Positions 10,326 through 21,337 are shown, counted from the first letter of the stretch. The stretch: DNA of 64,000 nt from Abditibacterium sp. (GCA_965199495.1 CBDASK010000003.1:4416001-4480000), one strand, 5' to 3'. Notes: generated from the letters alone by a model not told the origin. Made by a program: numbers and translations.

Positions 10326-12455
10326 TTATTTGGTGTTGATGACCAGTTTTTTCCCTTTTACCAATTCATGATGAGGGATAAAGTAGCCGTTGATTTTCTG
10401 CTTGTCATAAGAGATTCCAGTGATTTGATCACCCGAATGATTTTTAACAATCGTGCAACTGACCTTGTCTCCCAACCTGAGTTCGACTTTGTTGAAAAGG
10501 GGGACAGAGACGATATAATCGTCGTTAGCTGGTGAAAATGGATAAATACCAATGGCATTGAAGACATACCATGAAGACATTTCACCGGCATCATCCATTC
10601 CGGCGTAAGCCAACTTGTCTTTACCCATGTCGTAGAAACGATCCATAATCTCGTTTAACAGGGCTTGAGATTTTTCCTGCTTGCCCACGAAATAATACAT
10701 GAACGGGGAGCTGTGATCGGGCTGATTTCCGTGGCAATATTGCCCAATAAAACCCGAAAGGTTGTCCGCTTCTGGCCCCGTATAAGGGATAGTAAAGAGT
10801 TGATCTAACTTTTTCTCGAAGTCATCCTTACTTTTGAAAAGCCCAATCAAGCCATTGACATCGTGAGGCGCGAAAAACGAGGATTGCCACGCATTGGCTT
10901 CCCGATACATATATTCGTAATAGGGATATTCGGGGTCGAAGTTCTTAACCCAATCGCCGTTCGCCAATCGTCCTCTCATGAATTCAGTTGATGGATCGAA
11001 CACATTTTTAAAGTTCTCCGTTCGCTTCATCAACATCTGGTAATTATCAGTGTCGTTCAGCGCCTTAGCCAGTAACGCTACTGCATAATCGTCATAAGCG
11101 TATTCCAAGGTCTTGGTAACTCCGGCATTCGCTTTTGTGGCAACAACGGGGTTTGCCAGGTCAGGCTCTGAGATATAGCCTTTCTCCATATATTCAGTGA
11201 TATGGGGGCGGGGGCCACCTTCAATGGTCGCATTCCTCAAAAGCAGGTTGTAAGCACTCTTAACATCGAACCCTCGGATTCCTCTTACATACGTCCCTGC
11301 AATGTAAGGAGCGGCATGATCCCCATGAAAGAAAGTGGGCATGAATCCCGTTTTTTCGCCTTTATCAATCAAAGACTTGATGACATCAACACTCACGGTT
11401 GGAGTCAGCATTCCCAACAAAACGAGCTTGTTTCGATAGTCATCCCACAAAGAGGGATCGGTATAATAACGGAAGCCTTTGTTGACAACTTTCCCGCTTT
11501 TATCGGTGAAATCGCCGTTGGCATCGCTTCGGAGCGCGGGCCAGAGAAAAGAGCGGTAAAAGCAGGAATAAAAGAGTCCGCGCTGGCGCTCAGTGCCACC
11601 CGTCACCTTGATTTTCGACAGCAAATTTTGCCATGTTTGGGTTGCCTCTTTTCGCACCTGAGAGAAGCTCTTTCCCAAGATTTCTCGCTTCAGGTTCTCT
11701 TCGGCATTAGCGACGCTGACGAACGAAAAGCCGATTTGTAATTCCAGAGGCTGAGGGGAATCAACGAAATTGACAACGGATATTTCTTTTTTGCTCGACT
11801 TCAATGATTCAATGTTTTTTATCTTATGATTTGAAGTCGCATAAAAATACATTGTGTCGCCGGTCTGCTGAAAACCCGTGAAAGTATTTTCCCCTTCCTG
11901 ATGGATTTCCCATTTCTTAACGCCCTCATTGGAAGTCGCCAGGTCTGCAACTAATTTTTGATCCGTCGGATTTTTGAACGTATATTTATGGAAAGCACAT
12001 CGCAACGTGGAAGTTAACTCGGCATTGATAGCGTATCTTTCCAGATAGACCTGATAATAACCGGGGTGCGCGGACTCGTTTTTATGGCTGAACGCGGAGC
12101 TAAAATCATCGGGCGCAATGTTCCCGGTCGCGGGCATCAACGGGATATTGCAGAGATTCCAGTGCCCTTTACTGGTATGGGCGAAGCCCTGAATAACGCG
12201 ATCTTCATATTGATAGCCGGAGCCACTATGAAACTTGGTGACTGGCGTGAGTTGCACCATCGCATTGGGAAGAGACGAGCCAGGGAAAACCTCTGCGCCC
12301 CAGGTTCGGTGAGTTGGCGTATAACCGATATCGGTTTTGTCCCACAAGGTCGCCGTTCCCAACAACGGATTCACATAATCTGTTGACTGTTTTTTAGCCT
12401 GTGCAGCCGTCGCTACGCACAAAAGCAAGCCAAGAGAAGCAAAAATCGGTTTCAT
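10326..12455 (-). CDS. GH92 alpha-mannosidase
   Basis: YVNPLLGT, ESAHPGYY, KTLEYAYDD, GQYCHGNQP, DDAGEMSSWYVF; ATG at 12455 gives a signal peptide. Confidence 0.9.
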   Translation of the reverse strand: MKPIFASLGLLLCVATAAQAKKQSTDYVNPLLGTATLWDKTDIGYTPTHRTWGAEVFPGSSLPNAMVQLTPVTKFHSGSGYQYEDRVIQGFAHTSKGHWNLCNIPLMPATGNIAPDDFSSAFSHKNESAHPGYYQVYLERYAINAELTSTLRCAFHKYTFKNPTDQKLVADLATSNEGVKKWEIHQEGENTFTGFQQTGDTMYFYATSNHKIKNIESLKSSKKEISVVNFVDSPQPLELQIGFSFVSVANAEENLKREILGKSFSQVRKEATQTWQNLLSKIKVTGGTERQRGLFYSCFYRSFLWPALRSDANGDFTDKSGKVVNKGFRYYTDPSLWDDYRNKLVLLGMLTPTVSVDVIKSLIDKGEKTGFMPTFFHGDHAAPYIAGTYVRGIRGFDVKSAYNLLLRNATIEGGPRPHITEYMEKGYISEPDLANPVVATKANAGVTKTLEYAYDDYAVALLAKALNDTDNYQMLMKRTENFKNVFDPSTEFMRGRLANGDWVKNFDPEYPYYEYMYREANAWQSSFFAPHDVNGLIGLFKSKDDFEKKLDQLFTIPYTGPEADNLSGFIGQYCHGNQPDHSSPFMYYFVGKQEKSQALLNEIMDRFYDMGKDKLAYAGMDDAGEMSSWYVFNAIGIYPFSPANDDYIVSVPLFNKVELRLGDKVSCTIVKNHSGDQITGISYDKQKINGYFIPHHELVKGKKLVINTK

Positions 12456-12972
12456 AATAGGGGTGTCGTCCGTAAAAATCAGGACAAATTCAAGGCAAAA
12501 AGCTGTGACCTTGGAGCAACAGGTGAACGAACTCTTGTCGAGCTTTATTCTCAATCGGTTGACTCTCCAAATATAATTATACTTATTTTTACACACGCTT
12601 CGCTGTTCGCAAACACTCCTTGGAGATTCCGCATTGGTTGTTTAAGTCTATCCCCAACACCGCGCGGTCTTTTGAGCGTGGTGACGCTTATTCTTACCAA
12701 TCGCCGCCAGCGCAGTAGGCGTGGCCGCAACAGTCTTTGGAGCGTGGTCAGGAGTTAATTTCCTGTAAAATAAAACCTTACTTGCGGCGCTGACAATCAC
12801 GGGGCCGAGCGACAGTCAGGGCAACGCGCTCCAAACCGTTTTGTCTGATAATCTTCAACTTCATAGCGCAGGGCGCCCCGCTTTATGGCGCGATTGATTA
12901 TCAATTGATCTCTAAGATTGGTAACGGCACCTCTCGCGTCATTTTGAAGTGATATTCGATTTGCGCCGCAAG

Positions 12973-13941
12973 ATGAGGAAAAATATGGGACGAATTATCG
13001 AAGGTAGCGCACCGGAATTACGCATGGCGTGGGGCAGTCACAATGTTTGGAAGGCCGGGCAGGAACACGAAGGGCCAGTTCATGCCCACACGATTTGGTT
13101 GCTGCTTTATGGCCACGCGCAGGTCAGCGACGGCTCACGAATATGGAAAGTGCGTTCCGACCATATTTTGTTGTGGCCCTATAATAAGCATCGCCACATT
13201 CGCGCGCTGAGCGATTCGGCGTGGCTCTCGATTGGAATCGCGCCTAACGCGCCGGGGCAAACTGATATTCTGCGGCTTTTGCCGTTGCCCGCCACCCATT
13301 TGTTGGAAGATGACGAAAATCGTCTGCTTCGCTCATGGTTCAGTCAGATCGTTGAACTGCGAGAAGCGCAGTCGCTGGCTTTGTTGATGGACTCGCCCCA
13401 TTATGGCAATCAAGACATCACGCAAATCCTCGGCGTGCGCCATGACATCGTCTCGCAGCGCCCGCACGAAATATGGATGGAACACGTCGTCGCCGAGCGC
13501 GCTTCTTTTTATGACATCGTCGAGCAGGGACTGGCTCAAGCCATCGTGGCGTGGTGCTGGAAAATATGGGGCAAGGGCGATTTGCAGCACGCCCTGCTCA
13601 GTCAGTTTCCGCCGTGGCTGCAAAGCACGCTGGAACGTATCGGCGAAAACCCCACGCTTTCAGTTCACGATTTAGCGCGCATCGCGGGCTTTAGCCCCGC
13701 CCATTTTCGCCGTTTGTTCCACCTCAATATGGGCCAGTCGCCGCGCGACTATCTGCAACACCAACGCCTCGAACTCGCCAGAAAGCTGCTCGAAACAACT
13801 TCGCTCCCGATTTCCGCCATCGCAACCCAGACCGGTTTTGCCAGCGTGCCGCACTTCACGCAAAAATGGAAAACGGCGCACGGCTCGCCGCCGCATCAAT
13901 ATCGTTTGTCGCATCACAGAGCAGAAACACGGAATTTCTAA
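12973..13941 (+). CDS. AraC-family transcriptional regulator
   Basis: N-terminal cupin-like domain plus AraC HTH; start uncertain (12949/12973/12985). Confidence 0.88.
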   Translation: MRKNMGRIIEGSAPELRMAWGSHNVWKAGQEHEGPVHAHTIWLLLYGHAQVSDGSRIWKVRSDHILLWPYNKHRHIRALSDSAWLSIGIAPNAPGQTDILRLLPLPATHLLEDDENRLLRSWFSQIVELREAQSLALLMDSPHYGNQDITQILGVRHDIVSQRPHEIWMEHVVAERASFYDIVEQGLAQAIVAWCWKIWGKGDLQHALLSQFPPWLQSTLERIGENPTLSVHDLARIAGFSPAHFRRLFHLNMGQSPRDYLQHQRLELARKLLETTSLPISAIATQTGFASVPHFTQKWKTAHGSPPHQYRLSHHRAETRNF

Positions 13942-13991
13942 AACGAAGAGCGAAAACCGTTATTTCATGAGCTTTACCCGTTAAATAGCGC

Positions 13992-14020
13992 GTTTGAAAT
14001 AACGGTATTGAGGGAATACT
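13992..14020 (+). promoter_or_regulatory. Conserved promoter GTTTGA-N17-AATACT upstream of pilin-like gene
   Basis: Motif shared with 8 other sites. Confidence 0.7.
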
Positions 14021-14051
14021 TAATAAAGCATTCTGGCTTAGAGGCATTTCC

Positions 14052-14870
14052 ATGCAATATACACAACAATCTCAAATTCTGCAACGTGATAGAAGAAATT
14101 TTTCAGCCTTCACACTTATCGAGCTTCTCGTTGTGATCGCGATCATCGCCATTCTCGCGGCGATTCTGTTTCCTGTTTTCGCGCGTGCCCGTGAAAACGC
14201 ACGGCGCAGTTCGTGCCAATCGAACTTGAAGCAAGTTGGGCTGGCATTTTTGCAATATAGCCAAGATTACGACGAATATTGTGTTCCGATTCGCAATGGC
14301 GGTGGCAGCACTTCTTTTCACTGGGCTTGGCATATCATCATGCAGCCTTATGTCAAGAGCCGTCAGATTTTCGTGTGCCCCAGCAATACTACGGATGCTC
14401 TTGGTCAACCAAGCCTGTTGTCTTACACTTATAACCTGCACGCGGGTGGCCCCAATGCTCCAAGAACTCTGGCTTCGATTGTCAACAGCGCGCAAATGCC
14501 TGTGGTGATCGATGCTTCTGGAACTTCCCTTCCTAATCGGGCGCACTTGGTAAACGTTCTGGATGCGAACAGACAACGCGGACGCAAAACCGACTGCGAC
14601 AACGAGGGACAATGCCCTGGCGGAGCTGGCGATTCCCTCGGCGCCACCATTAAAGCTTTGACGCACTTCGATGGCGCGAATTACCTTTTTGTGGACGGCC
14701 ACGTCAAGTTTTTTCGTGCCGTCGTTGGAACTACGACGGCACCACTGCCTTATGTTGGTGGTGTGCCTGCAACTTCCAGCCCCCAATTTCTCGCTTCACC
14801 GCCGAGACTCGGCATAGATTGGGATGGCGATGGCATTGTTGGTGACAGTTCGGATAACATTTGGAAGTAA
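14052..14870 (+). CDS. Prepilin-type N-terminal cleavage/methylation, DUF1559, H-X9-DG protein
   Basis: [43 protein letters not shown]...[22 protein letters not shown]. Confidence 0.92.
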   Translation: MQYTQQSQILQRDRRNFSAFTLIELLVVIAIIAILAAILFPVFARARENARRSSCQSNLKQVGLAFLQYSQDYDEYCVPIRNGGGSTSFHWAWHIIMQPYVKSRQIFVCPSNTTDALGQPSLLSYTYNLHAGGPNAPRTLASIVNSAQMPVVIDASGTSLPNRAHLVNVLDANRQRGRKTDCDNEGQCPGGAGDSLGATIKALTHFDGANYLFVDGHVKFFRAVVGTTTAPLPYVGGVPATSSPQFLASPPRLGIDWDGDGIVGDSSDNIWK

Positions 14871-15014
14871 TAGACCGAGCCAGCACCCCCGGCCTTTATT
14901 GGGTCGGTGCCCCTTGAGTTACGGCATGACTCTGCTGTGATTCGGGTGACAACCGTTATGATAGCCGCACTAACGTTAATCTTGATAACCTTTTAGGGAA
15001 TTTCCACCTCACTT

Positions 15015-16706
15015 ATGTCATCAGTCCAACCCTCCACGCAACCAAGTGACGCGATTAACGACTCCGCATCACCAAAAGGACGTTTGGCTTCGGTGGGCCG
15101 TTATCGCTGGGTTATCTGCGCGCTGTTATTTTTCGCCACCACGATCAACTATGTTGACCGTCAGGTGCTGGGCATTATCGCGCCGACTCTGCAAAACGGC
15201 CCCGCGCTGTTCACGCCCGCGATGATTGACGACGCGCCCGCGTTGGCGAGCGCGCTGCAAACACCAGCCACGCCGACTGCGCGTTTAATCCAGTCGCGGC
15301 TTTCGCCTGCGACAATTGCGGCCTTGGGCAACAGTCAGGGCGACGCGCTCAAGACCGCGTTATCCGACGATCTCAACCGCATCGCGGCAGGCGCGCCGCT
15401 TTATAGTGCGGCGAGTTTCGACCGCGCGCAGTTTTCGGCGCATTTGCAGGGACAGCTCGAAAAGTATCAGAAAAAACCGCCCAAAGGCGAAGAAGCCACG
15501 CGCATCAATCACTGGATTATCGAGGAATCGTTCCCCAAAGCTATCGTCACCAGTCTGCGCTGGAGCGACGTGGAATACGGCTATATCAATTCGGCGTTCT
15601 CCTTCGCTTATGCCATTGGAATGCTGCTCGTCGGCGGATTGTTGGATCGGTTCGGCGTGCGCATGGGCTATGCTGCGGCGCTTGTCGTGTGGAGTCTGGC
15701 GGCGATGGGACACGCGTTCGCGGGTTCGGCGTTTAGTTTTGGCGTGGCGCGTTTTGCTCTCGGTCTGGGCGAATCGGCCAACTTTCCCGCCGCGATTAAA
15801 ACCGTCGCCGAGTGGTTTCCCAAGAAAGAACGCGCGCTCACGACCGGCATTTTCAATTCCGGCTCCAATATCGGCGCCATCGTCGCGCCGGTCGCCGTTC
15901 CGGTTATCGCGCTGGCTTACGGCTGGCGCGAGGCGTTCGTTATCACCGGTTTGTTGGGATTGTTGTGGCTCTTTTTCTGGCTGCCGATTTACCGCGAACC
16001 CGAAGAGCATCCCAAAGTTTCGCCCGCAGAACTCGCTTACATTCGCAGCGATCCGGCTGACCCGCAGGAGAAGATTGGGTGGGGACAATTGTTGGGTTAT
16101 CGCCAGACGTGGGCGATTCTGGTGGGCCGCATGATGACCGAGATTCCGTGGTGGTTTTATCTGTTCTGGGGCGCGAAATTTCTCGATACGCAATTCGGCG
16201 TCAGCCTGAAACAGGTCGGCTTGCCGCTCATCGTGATTTACGTGATGGCCGATGTCGGCAGCATCGGCGGCGGCTGGCTGTCATCGGCACTGCTCAAGCG
16301 CGGTTGGAACGTCAACGCCGCGCGCAAAACCGCGCTTTTGGTGTGCGCGCTGTGCGTGTTGCCGGTGACGTTCGCGCCTAAAGTCGGCAGTCTGTGGGGC
16401 GCCGTGGCTCTGATCGCGCTGGCGGCGGCGGCGCATCAAGGTTGGTCGGCGAACTATTTCACGCTCGCTTCGGATATGTTCCCGCGCCGCGCGGTGGCTT
16501 CAATTGTCGGCATCAGCGGCTTTTTCGGCGCGATGTCGAATGTCGTCGGCCAAGCGGCGATTGGTAACGTGTTGGACAAAAACGGTGGCAACTACACGCC
16601 GATTTTCGCGCTGTGCGGCATCGCGTATCTGGCGGCAGTAGGCGTGGTGCATTTTATGGCGCCCAAACTCGAACCCGCGCAAGTGCGGGCAGTTCGCGAT
16701 TCGTAG
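15015..16706 (+). CDS. exuT: ExuT-like MFS hexuronate transporter with large loop insertion
   Basis: RYRWVICALLFFATTINYVDRQ, GESANFPAAIKTVAEWFPKKER, AAAAHQGWSAN..TL.SDMFP. Confidence 0.8.
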   Translation: MSSVQPSTQPSDAINDSASPKGRLASVGRYRWVICALLFFATTINYVDRQVLGIIAPTLQNGPALFTPAMIDDAPALASALQTPATPTARLIQSRLSPATIAALGNSQGDALKTALSDDLNRIAAGAPLYSAASFDRAQFSAHLQGQLEKYQKKPPKGEEATRINHWIIEESFPKAIVTSLRWSDVEYGYINSAFSFAYAIGMLLVGGLLDRFGVRMGYAAALVVWSLAAMGHAFAGSAFSFGVARFALGLGESANFPAAIKTVAEWFPKKERALTTGIFNSGSNIGAIVAPVAVPVIALAYGWREAFVITGLLGLLWLFFWLPIYREPEEHPKVSPAELAYIRSDPADPQEKIGWGQLLGYRQTWAILVGRMMTEIPWWFYLFWGAKFLDTQFGVSLKQVGLPLIVIYVMADVGSIGGGWLSSALLKRGWNVNAARKTALLVCALCVLPVTFAPKVGSLWGAVALIALAAAAHQGWSANYFTLASDMFPRRAVASIVGISGFFGAMSNVVGQAAIGNVLDKNGGNYTPIFALCGIAYLAAVGVVHFMAPKLEPAQVRAVRDS

Positions 16707-16796
16707 AGACACCGATTTATCGTGTCTAAAACGTAAATGAACTCGTAAATTTAGTGGGGTATGAACGTTTTAGACACGATAAATCGGTGTCTCTAC
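16703..16796. repeat. REP doublet (REPIN-like) with 32-bp inverted arms
   Basis: GTAGAGACACCGATTTATCGTGTCTAAAACGT at 16703-16734 and its reverse complement at 16765-16796. Confidence 0.85.
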
Positions 16797-16825
16797 AACA
16801 GCAAATTCCCATCTATAAAAAAACC

Positions 16826-19615
16826 ATGCGATTTTTATCAACCCTAATACTTTTATTGACCGTTATCGCCACTGCGCTGGCCGCTCCGACGCAACGGCAA
16901 TATCTGTCGGGCACCGACAAAGATCACACAGTCGCGTGGCAATTTTCGGTTTCGACGGGCCGTAATAGCGGTCAGTGGAGCACGATTCCCGTTCCGTCGA
17001 ACTGGGAAACCAAAGGTTTCGGCAATTACACTTCGGGCGACCGGCCCAAAAATCCCGAAACCGGGCTTTATAAAACCAATTTTACCGTGCCGAATTCGTG
17101 GCGCGGCCAGCACATTGACATCGTTTTCGAGGGCGCCATGACCGACACTTCGGTGAAAATCAACGGAGCCACGGCGGGGCCGACGCATCAGGGCGGGTTT
17201 TACCGGTTTCACTACGACATCACTCCGCTCATCAAATTCGGGCAATTGAATACGCTCGAAGCGACGGTGGATAAAGTTTCCGCCGATAACTCGGTCAATC
17301 GCGCCGAGCAGCAGGGCGACTATTGGAGTTTCGGCGGCATTTATCGCCCGGTTTATCTGGCGGCGCGGCCCGCCCAATCTATCGAACGCGTGGCGATTAA
17401 CGCGCAGGCCGATGGCACTTTTGCGGCGGATGTGACGCTCGATGGCGTCACGGACGCCGACGTTTTGGCGGCGCAAGTGCAAACCTTAGAGGGCAAACCG
17501 GTCGGCGTGGCTGTATCGGCGCGCGTTACGCCCGGCCAGACGAGCGCAACGCTTAACGCGAAGATTAATGCGCCTTTACAGTGGACTGCCGAAACGCCGA
17601 ATTTGTATCAAGCCGTGATTCAACTGGGGCGCGGCAAACGCGAAATTCATCGCATAACGCAGCGCTTCGGCTTTCGCACCATCGAAGTGCGCGAGGGCGA
17701 TGGCATTTACGTCAACGGGCGCAAGATTATGTTGAAAGGATCGGATCGGCATTCGTTCTGGCCCGAAAGCGGGCGCACGACCAGCGCGACGATTAACCGC
17801 GACGACATTCTGCTGATGAAGCAGATGAACATGAACGCGGTGCGGATGTCGCACTACCCGCCCGACGTTGATTTTCTCGATTCGTGCGACGAGTTGGGAC
17901 TTTACGTTTTGGATGAAATCGCGGGCTGGCAGAAAAAATATGACACGCCCATCGGTAAAAAAATCGTCAGAGAAACCGTGTTGCGCGACGTGAATCATCC
18001 GTCCATTTTGTTCTGGGACAACGGCAACGAAGGCGGCTGGAACACCGAGTTGGACGACGATTACGCGCTCTACGACCCGCAGAAACGCCATGTTCTGCAT
18101 CCGTGGATGCTGTTTCGCGGCATTGATACCGGACATTACAAAACGTATAACGGCACGCGCGATTTGCTCGATAAAAACAACATCGTGATGCCGACCGAGT
18201 TTTTGCACGGCCTTTACGACGGCGGCGCGGGCGCGGGTCTGGACGATTACTGGAACTTGATGCAGAGCCGTCCTCTGGCGGCGGGCGGTTTCATCTGGGC
18301 GTTTTTGGACGAGGGTTTGGTGCGCGACGACCAAAACGGCGCCATTGACGTTTTCGGCAATCGCTATCCCGACGGCATTCTGGGGCCTCACCGCGAGAAA
18401 GAAGGCAGCTTTTACACCATCAAAGACGTTTGGTCGCCGATTCAAATCGGCAGCCGCGATTATTACGAAAAGCAGTTTCCCGATGCTTTCAATGGCGAGG
18501 TTTCGCTCGATAATCATTATTCGTTTACCAACGCCAGCCAGTGCAGTTTCGCTTGGAAATTGGTGAATTTTCCGGCGCCCGATGGCAAGAGTTCGGCAAA
18601 TATCGTCGTGGCGCAGGGCCGCGCGCCCAGCCCACAAATCGCGCCGGGCGCGAGCGGCAAGTTGAGCCTGAATTTGCCCGCCAACTGGCGCAATTCCGAT
18701 GCGCTTCAATTGAGCGCGAGCGATCCGACTGGGCACGAACTCAACCGCTGGATGTGGCCGATCAAGCGCGCGTCAGATTTTGAGAGTCGCATCGTCGCCC
18801 GCTCCAATGCAGCCACGGCGCCCGTGGCTGCGACGCAGGACGCGGATAACTTCGTTTTGACGGCGGGCCAAACCGTCGTCAGCATTAGTAAAAGCACGGG
18901 ATTAATTGCGCAAGTGCAACGCGGCGGAACGGCTGTCGGGCTGGACAACGGGCCAACGCTTGCGGCTTCGTCGCCGACGCAAAACGAATTGAAAAGCGTG
19001 ACGAACCAAACCGACGGCAGTGCGCAAGTTGTCGAGGCGACGTTTAGCGGAAATATGAACTCGATTCGCTACGAGTTGCAGCCAAACGGTTGGCTTGGGG
19101 TGAGTTACAAATATAATCTCACAGGCGCGCAGGATTACATGGGCGTGAGTTTCGACTTGCCCGAAAAGCAGGTTCAGGGCATCAAATGGCTGGGTGTGGG
19201 GCCATACCGCGTGTGGAAAAACCGGATGCGGGGCGGCGAAATCGGCGTGTGGTCGAAGGCTTACAACGACACCGCGACCGGCGCCGACACCTGGAATTAT
19301 CCCGAATTTAAGGGCTATTACGCGCGCACTTACTGGGCGAAATTGCAAACCACAAACGGGCCAATTACGGTCGTGACGCCCGACGAAAACCTGTTTTTGC
19401 GGCTTTACACGCCGCGCAACGGCCCCGATCCCAAAGGCGCGGAAGCGAAATTTCCTGCGGGCGACATCTCGTTCTTGGACGGCATCGCGCCCATTGGCAA
19501 CAAGTTTCACAGCGCCGACGCGACCGGGCCACAGGGGGCGCCCAACGACGCCAAAGGCGATACCGCGCACACGCTTTTCTTCTATTTTGGCGAGCCAACT
19601 TCCGCGCCACGATAG
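16826..19615 (+). CDS. GH2 glycoside hydrolase (beta-galactosidase-like)
   Basis: FGGIYRPV, RFGFR, NMNAVRMSHYP, NHPSILFWDNGNE; ATG at 16826 gives a signal peptide. Confidence 0.9.
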   Translation: MRFLSTLILLLTVIATALAAPTQRQYLSGTDKDHTVAWQFSVSTGRNSGQWSTIPVPSNWETKGFGNYTSGDRPKNPETGLYKTNFTVPNSWRGQHIDIVFEGAMTDTSVKINGATAGPTHQGGFYRFHYDITPLIKFGQLNTLEATVDKVSADNSVNRAEQQGDYWSFGGIYRPVYLAARPAQSIERVAINAQADGTFAADVTLDGVTDADVLAAQVQTLEGKPVGVAVSARVTPGQTSATLNAKINAPLQWTAETPNLYQAVIQLGRGKREIHRITQRFGFRTIEVREGDGIYVNGRKIMLKGSDRHSFWPESGRTTSATINRDDILLMKQMNMNAVRMSHYPPDVDFLDSCDELGLYVLDEIAGWQKKYDTPIGKKIVRETVLRDVNHPSILFWDNGNEGGWNTELDDDYALYDPQKRHVLHPWMLFRGIDTGHYKTYNGTRDLLDKNNIVMPTEFLHGLYDGGAGAGLDDYWNLMQSRPLAAGGFIWAFLDEGLVRDDQNGAIDVFGNRYPDGILGPHREKEGSFYTIKDVWSPIQIGSRDYYEKQFPDAFNGEVSLDNHYSFTNASQCSFAWKLVNFPAPDGKSSANIVVAQGRAPSPQIAPGASGKLSLNLPANWRNSDALQLSASDPTGHELNRWMWPIKRASDFESRIVARSNAATAPVAATQDADNFVLTAGQTVVSISKSTGLIAQVQRGGTAVGLDNGPTLAASSPTQNELKSVTNQTDGSAQVVEATFSGNMNSIRYELQPNGWLGVSYKYNLTGAQDYMGVSFDLPEKQVQGIKWLGVGPYRVWKNRMRGGEIGVWSKAYNDTATGADTWNYPEFKGYYARTYWAKLQTTNGPITVVTPDENLFLRLYTPRNGPDPKGAEAKFPAGDISFLDGIAPIGNKFHSADATGPQGAPNDAKGDTAHTLFFYFGEPTSAPR

Positions 19616-19653
19616 CGCGCGGAAACTCGCACATCGCATTAGTTACAGTTACA

Positions 19654-19737
19654 TAACTCTCTTTGCTTGTCATTCTGAGCGTTCGTGCCTTCTGCCCAGA
19701 GGGCGCCCACGCTCAGAATGACAAGCAAAGAGAGTTA
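19654..19737. repeat. Inverted repeat with 29-bp arms, GTCATTCTGAGCG family
   Basis: taactctctttgcttgtcattctgagcgt / acgctcagaatgacaagcaaagagagtta. Confidence 0.85.
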
Positions 19738-19744
19738 CCTTTTT

Positions 19745-21337
19745 ATGAAACGTTCTTCCCGATTTCGATTCGCGCCCGCGCTGTTGGCGGGCGCCGTGGC
19801 TGTTATGGGCTGCGGCCTCTTAACCCCGATTTTCGCGCAAACGACGGCGCCGCCTGCGGCGACGGCGAATCTTGCCCTGAGCGGCGAATATAATGTGCGC
19901 GCGTTTGGCGCGCGCGGCGATGGCAAAGCGCTCGATACTGACGCGATTAACCGCGCGATGGCGACGGCTTCGGCGGCGGGCGGCGGCACAGTTCTGGTGC
20001 CCGCCGGAACTTATCCGTGTTTGTCGTTGCACCTCAAAAGCAATATCCGCCTGCATCTCGACGCGGGCGCCGTGCTTTTGGCCGCCGAGCGTACCGAAAC
20101 GCAGCGCTACGACGCGCCCGAACCCAATGCCTCGACCAAATTTCAGGACTTCGGGCACAGCCACTGGCAGGACGGCTTTTTGTGGGGCGAGAATCTGGAA
20201 AACCTCACCATAGATGGGCCGGGCGAAATTTATGGCAAAGGCTTGGTCAAGGGCGACTCGAAGTTAGAGGGCACCGGCAATAAAGCGATTGCTCTGAAAA
20301 ATTGCCGCAACGTCAACTTCAGCGACTTCACGATTCGGCACGGTGGTTGGTTCGGTATTCTGGCGACGGGCGTGGACAATTTCACGCTCGACAATTTGAA
20401 GATTGACACCAATCGCGACGGCATGGACATTGACTGTTGCCGCAACGTGCGCCTTTCCAATTGCAGCATCAACTCGCCCAACGATGACGGGCTGTGCCTG
20501 AAAAGTTCCTACGGATTGAACGAGGCGCGCGCGACCGAGAACGTGACTATTACGAACTGCTTCGTAAGCGGCTACGACGAAGGCACGGTTTTGGACGGCA
20601 CGCGGCAATATCATCCCGAACGGGCGCCGAGCGGTTCGCCGCAGGGTCGCATCAAGTTCGGTACGGAATCGAACGGTGGTTTCAAGAACATCACGATTTC
20701 CAACTGTATCTTCGATCATTGTCGCGGTCTGGCGCTCGAAACCGTGGACGGCGGATTATTGGAAGACGTGACGATCAGCAACATTACCATGCGCGACATC
20801 AGCAACGCGCCGATTTATCTGCGTCTGGGCCGCCGGATGCGCGGGCCAGACGGCGCGGCTGTCGGCGAGCTGCGGCGCGTCAATATCTCGAACATCGTGG
20901 CTTATAACGTCGATCCCAAATCGTGCGTCATCATCAGCGGCATTCCCGATCACCATATCGAAGACGTTACGCTTTCCAACATTCAGATTTGGTATCAAGG
21001 CGGCGGCACGGCAGAGCAAGCCAACCTCGTGCCCAAGGAAGACGAAAGAGGTTATCCCGAACCGGAATTTTTGGGCATCATGCCCGCTTACGGATTTTAT
21101 CTGCGCCACATCAAAGGCATTACGCTTGATAATATCCAGTTGCATACTTTGTCCGCCGATGCGCGCCCGCCGCTTGCGCTGAGCGACGTGGTGGGCGCCG
21201 AATTCTTCCGCGTCAAAGCCGATAAAGCCGAGCAAACGCCGGTTTTCGCCATCAAAGATTCGTCGGATTTGACGATTCGCATGGTCAAAGGTGCGCAGGA
21301 TAAAGAGCAAAAAGAGCTTTATCAGGACAACTTTTGA
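19745..21337 (+). CDS. GH28-family glycoside hydrolase; paralogue of 8475..10058
   Basis: Same motifs, with long identical peptide stretches shared with the 8475 protein. Confidence 0.9.
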   Translation: MKRSSRFRFAPALLAGAVAVMGCGLLTPIFAQTTAPPAATANLALSGEYNVRAFGARGDGKALDTDAINRAMATASAAGGGTVLVPAGTYPCLSLHLKSNIRLHLDAGAVLLAAERTETQRYDAPEPNASTKFQDFGHSHWQDGFLWGENLENLTIDGPGEIYGKGLVKGDSKLEGTGNKAIALKNCRNVNFSDFTIRHGGWFGILATGVDNFTLDNLKIDTNRDGMDIDCCRNVRLSNCSINSPNDDGLCLKSSYGLNEARATENVTITNCFVSGYDEGTVLDGTRQYHPERAPSGSPQGRIKFGTESNGGFKNITISNCIFDHCRGLALETVDGGLLEDVTISNITMRDISNAPIYLRLGRRMRGPDGAAVGELRRVNISNIVAYNVDPKSCVIISGIPDHHIEDVTLSNIQIWYQGGGTAEQANLVPKEDERGYPEPEFLGIMPAYGFYLRHIKGITLDNIQLHTLSADARPPLALSDVVGAEFFRVKADKAEQTPVFAIKDSSDLTIRMVKGAQDKEQKELYQDNF

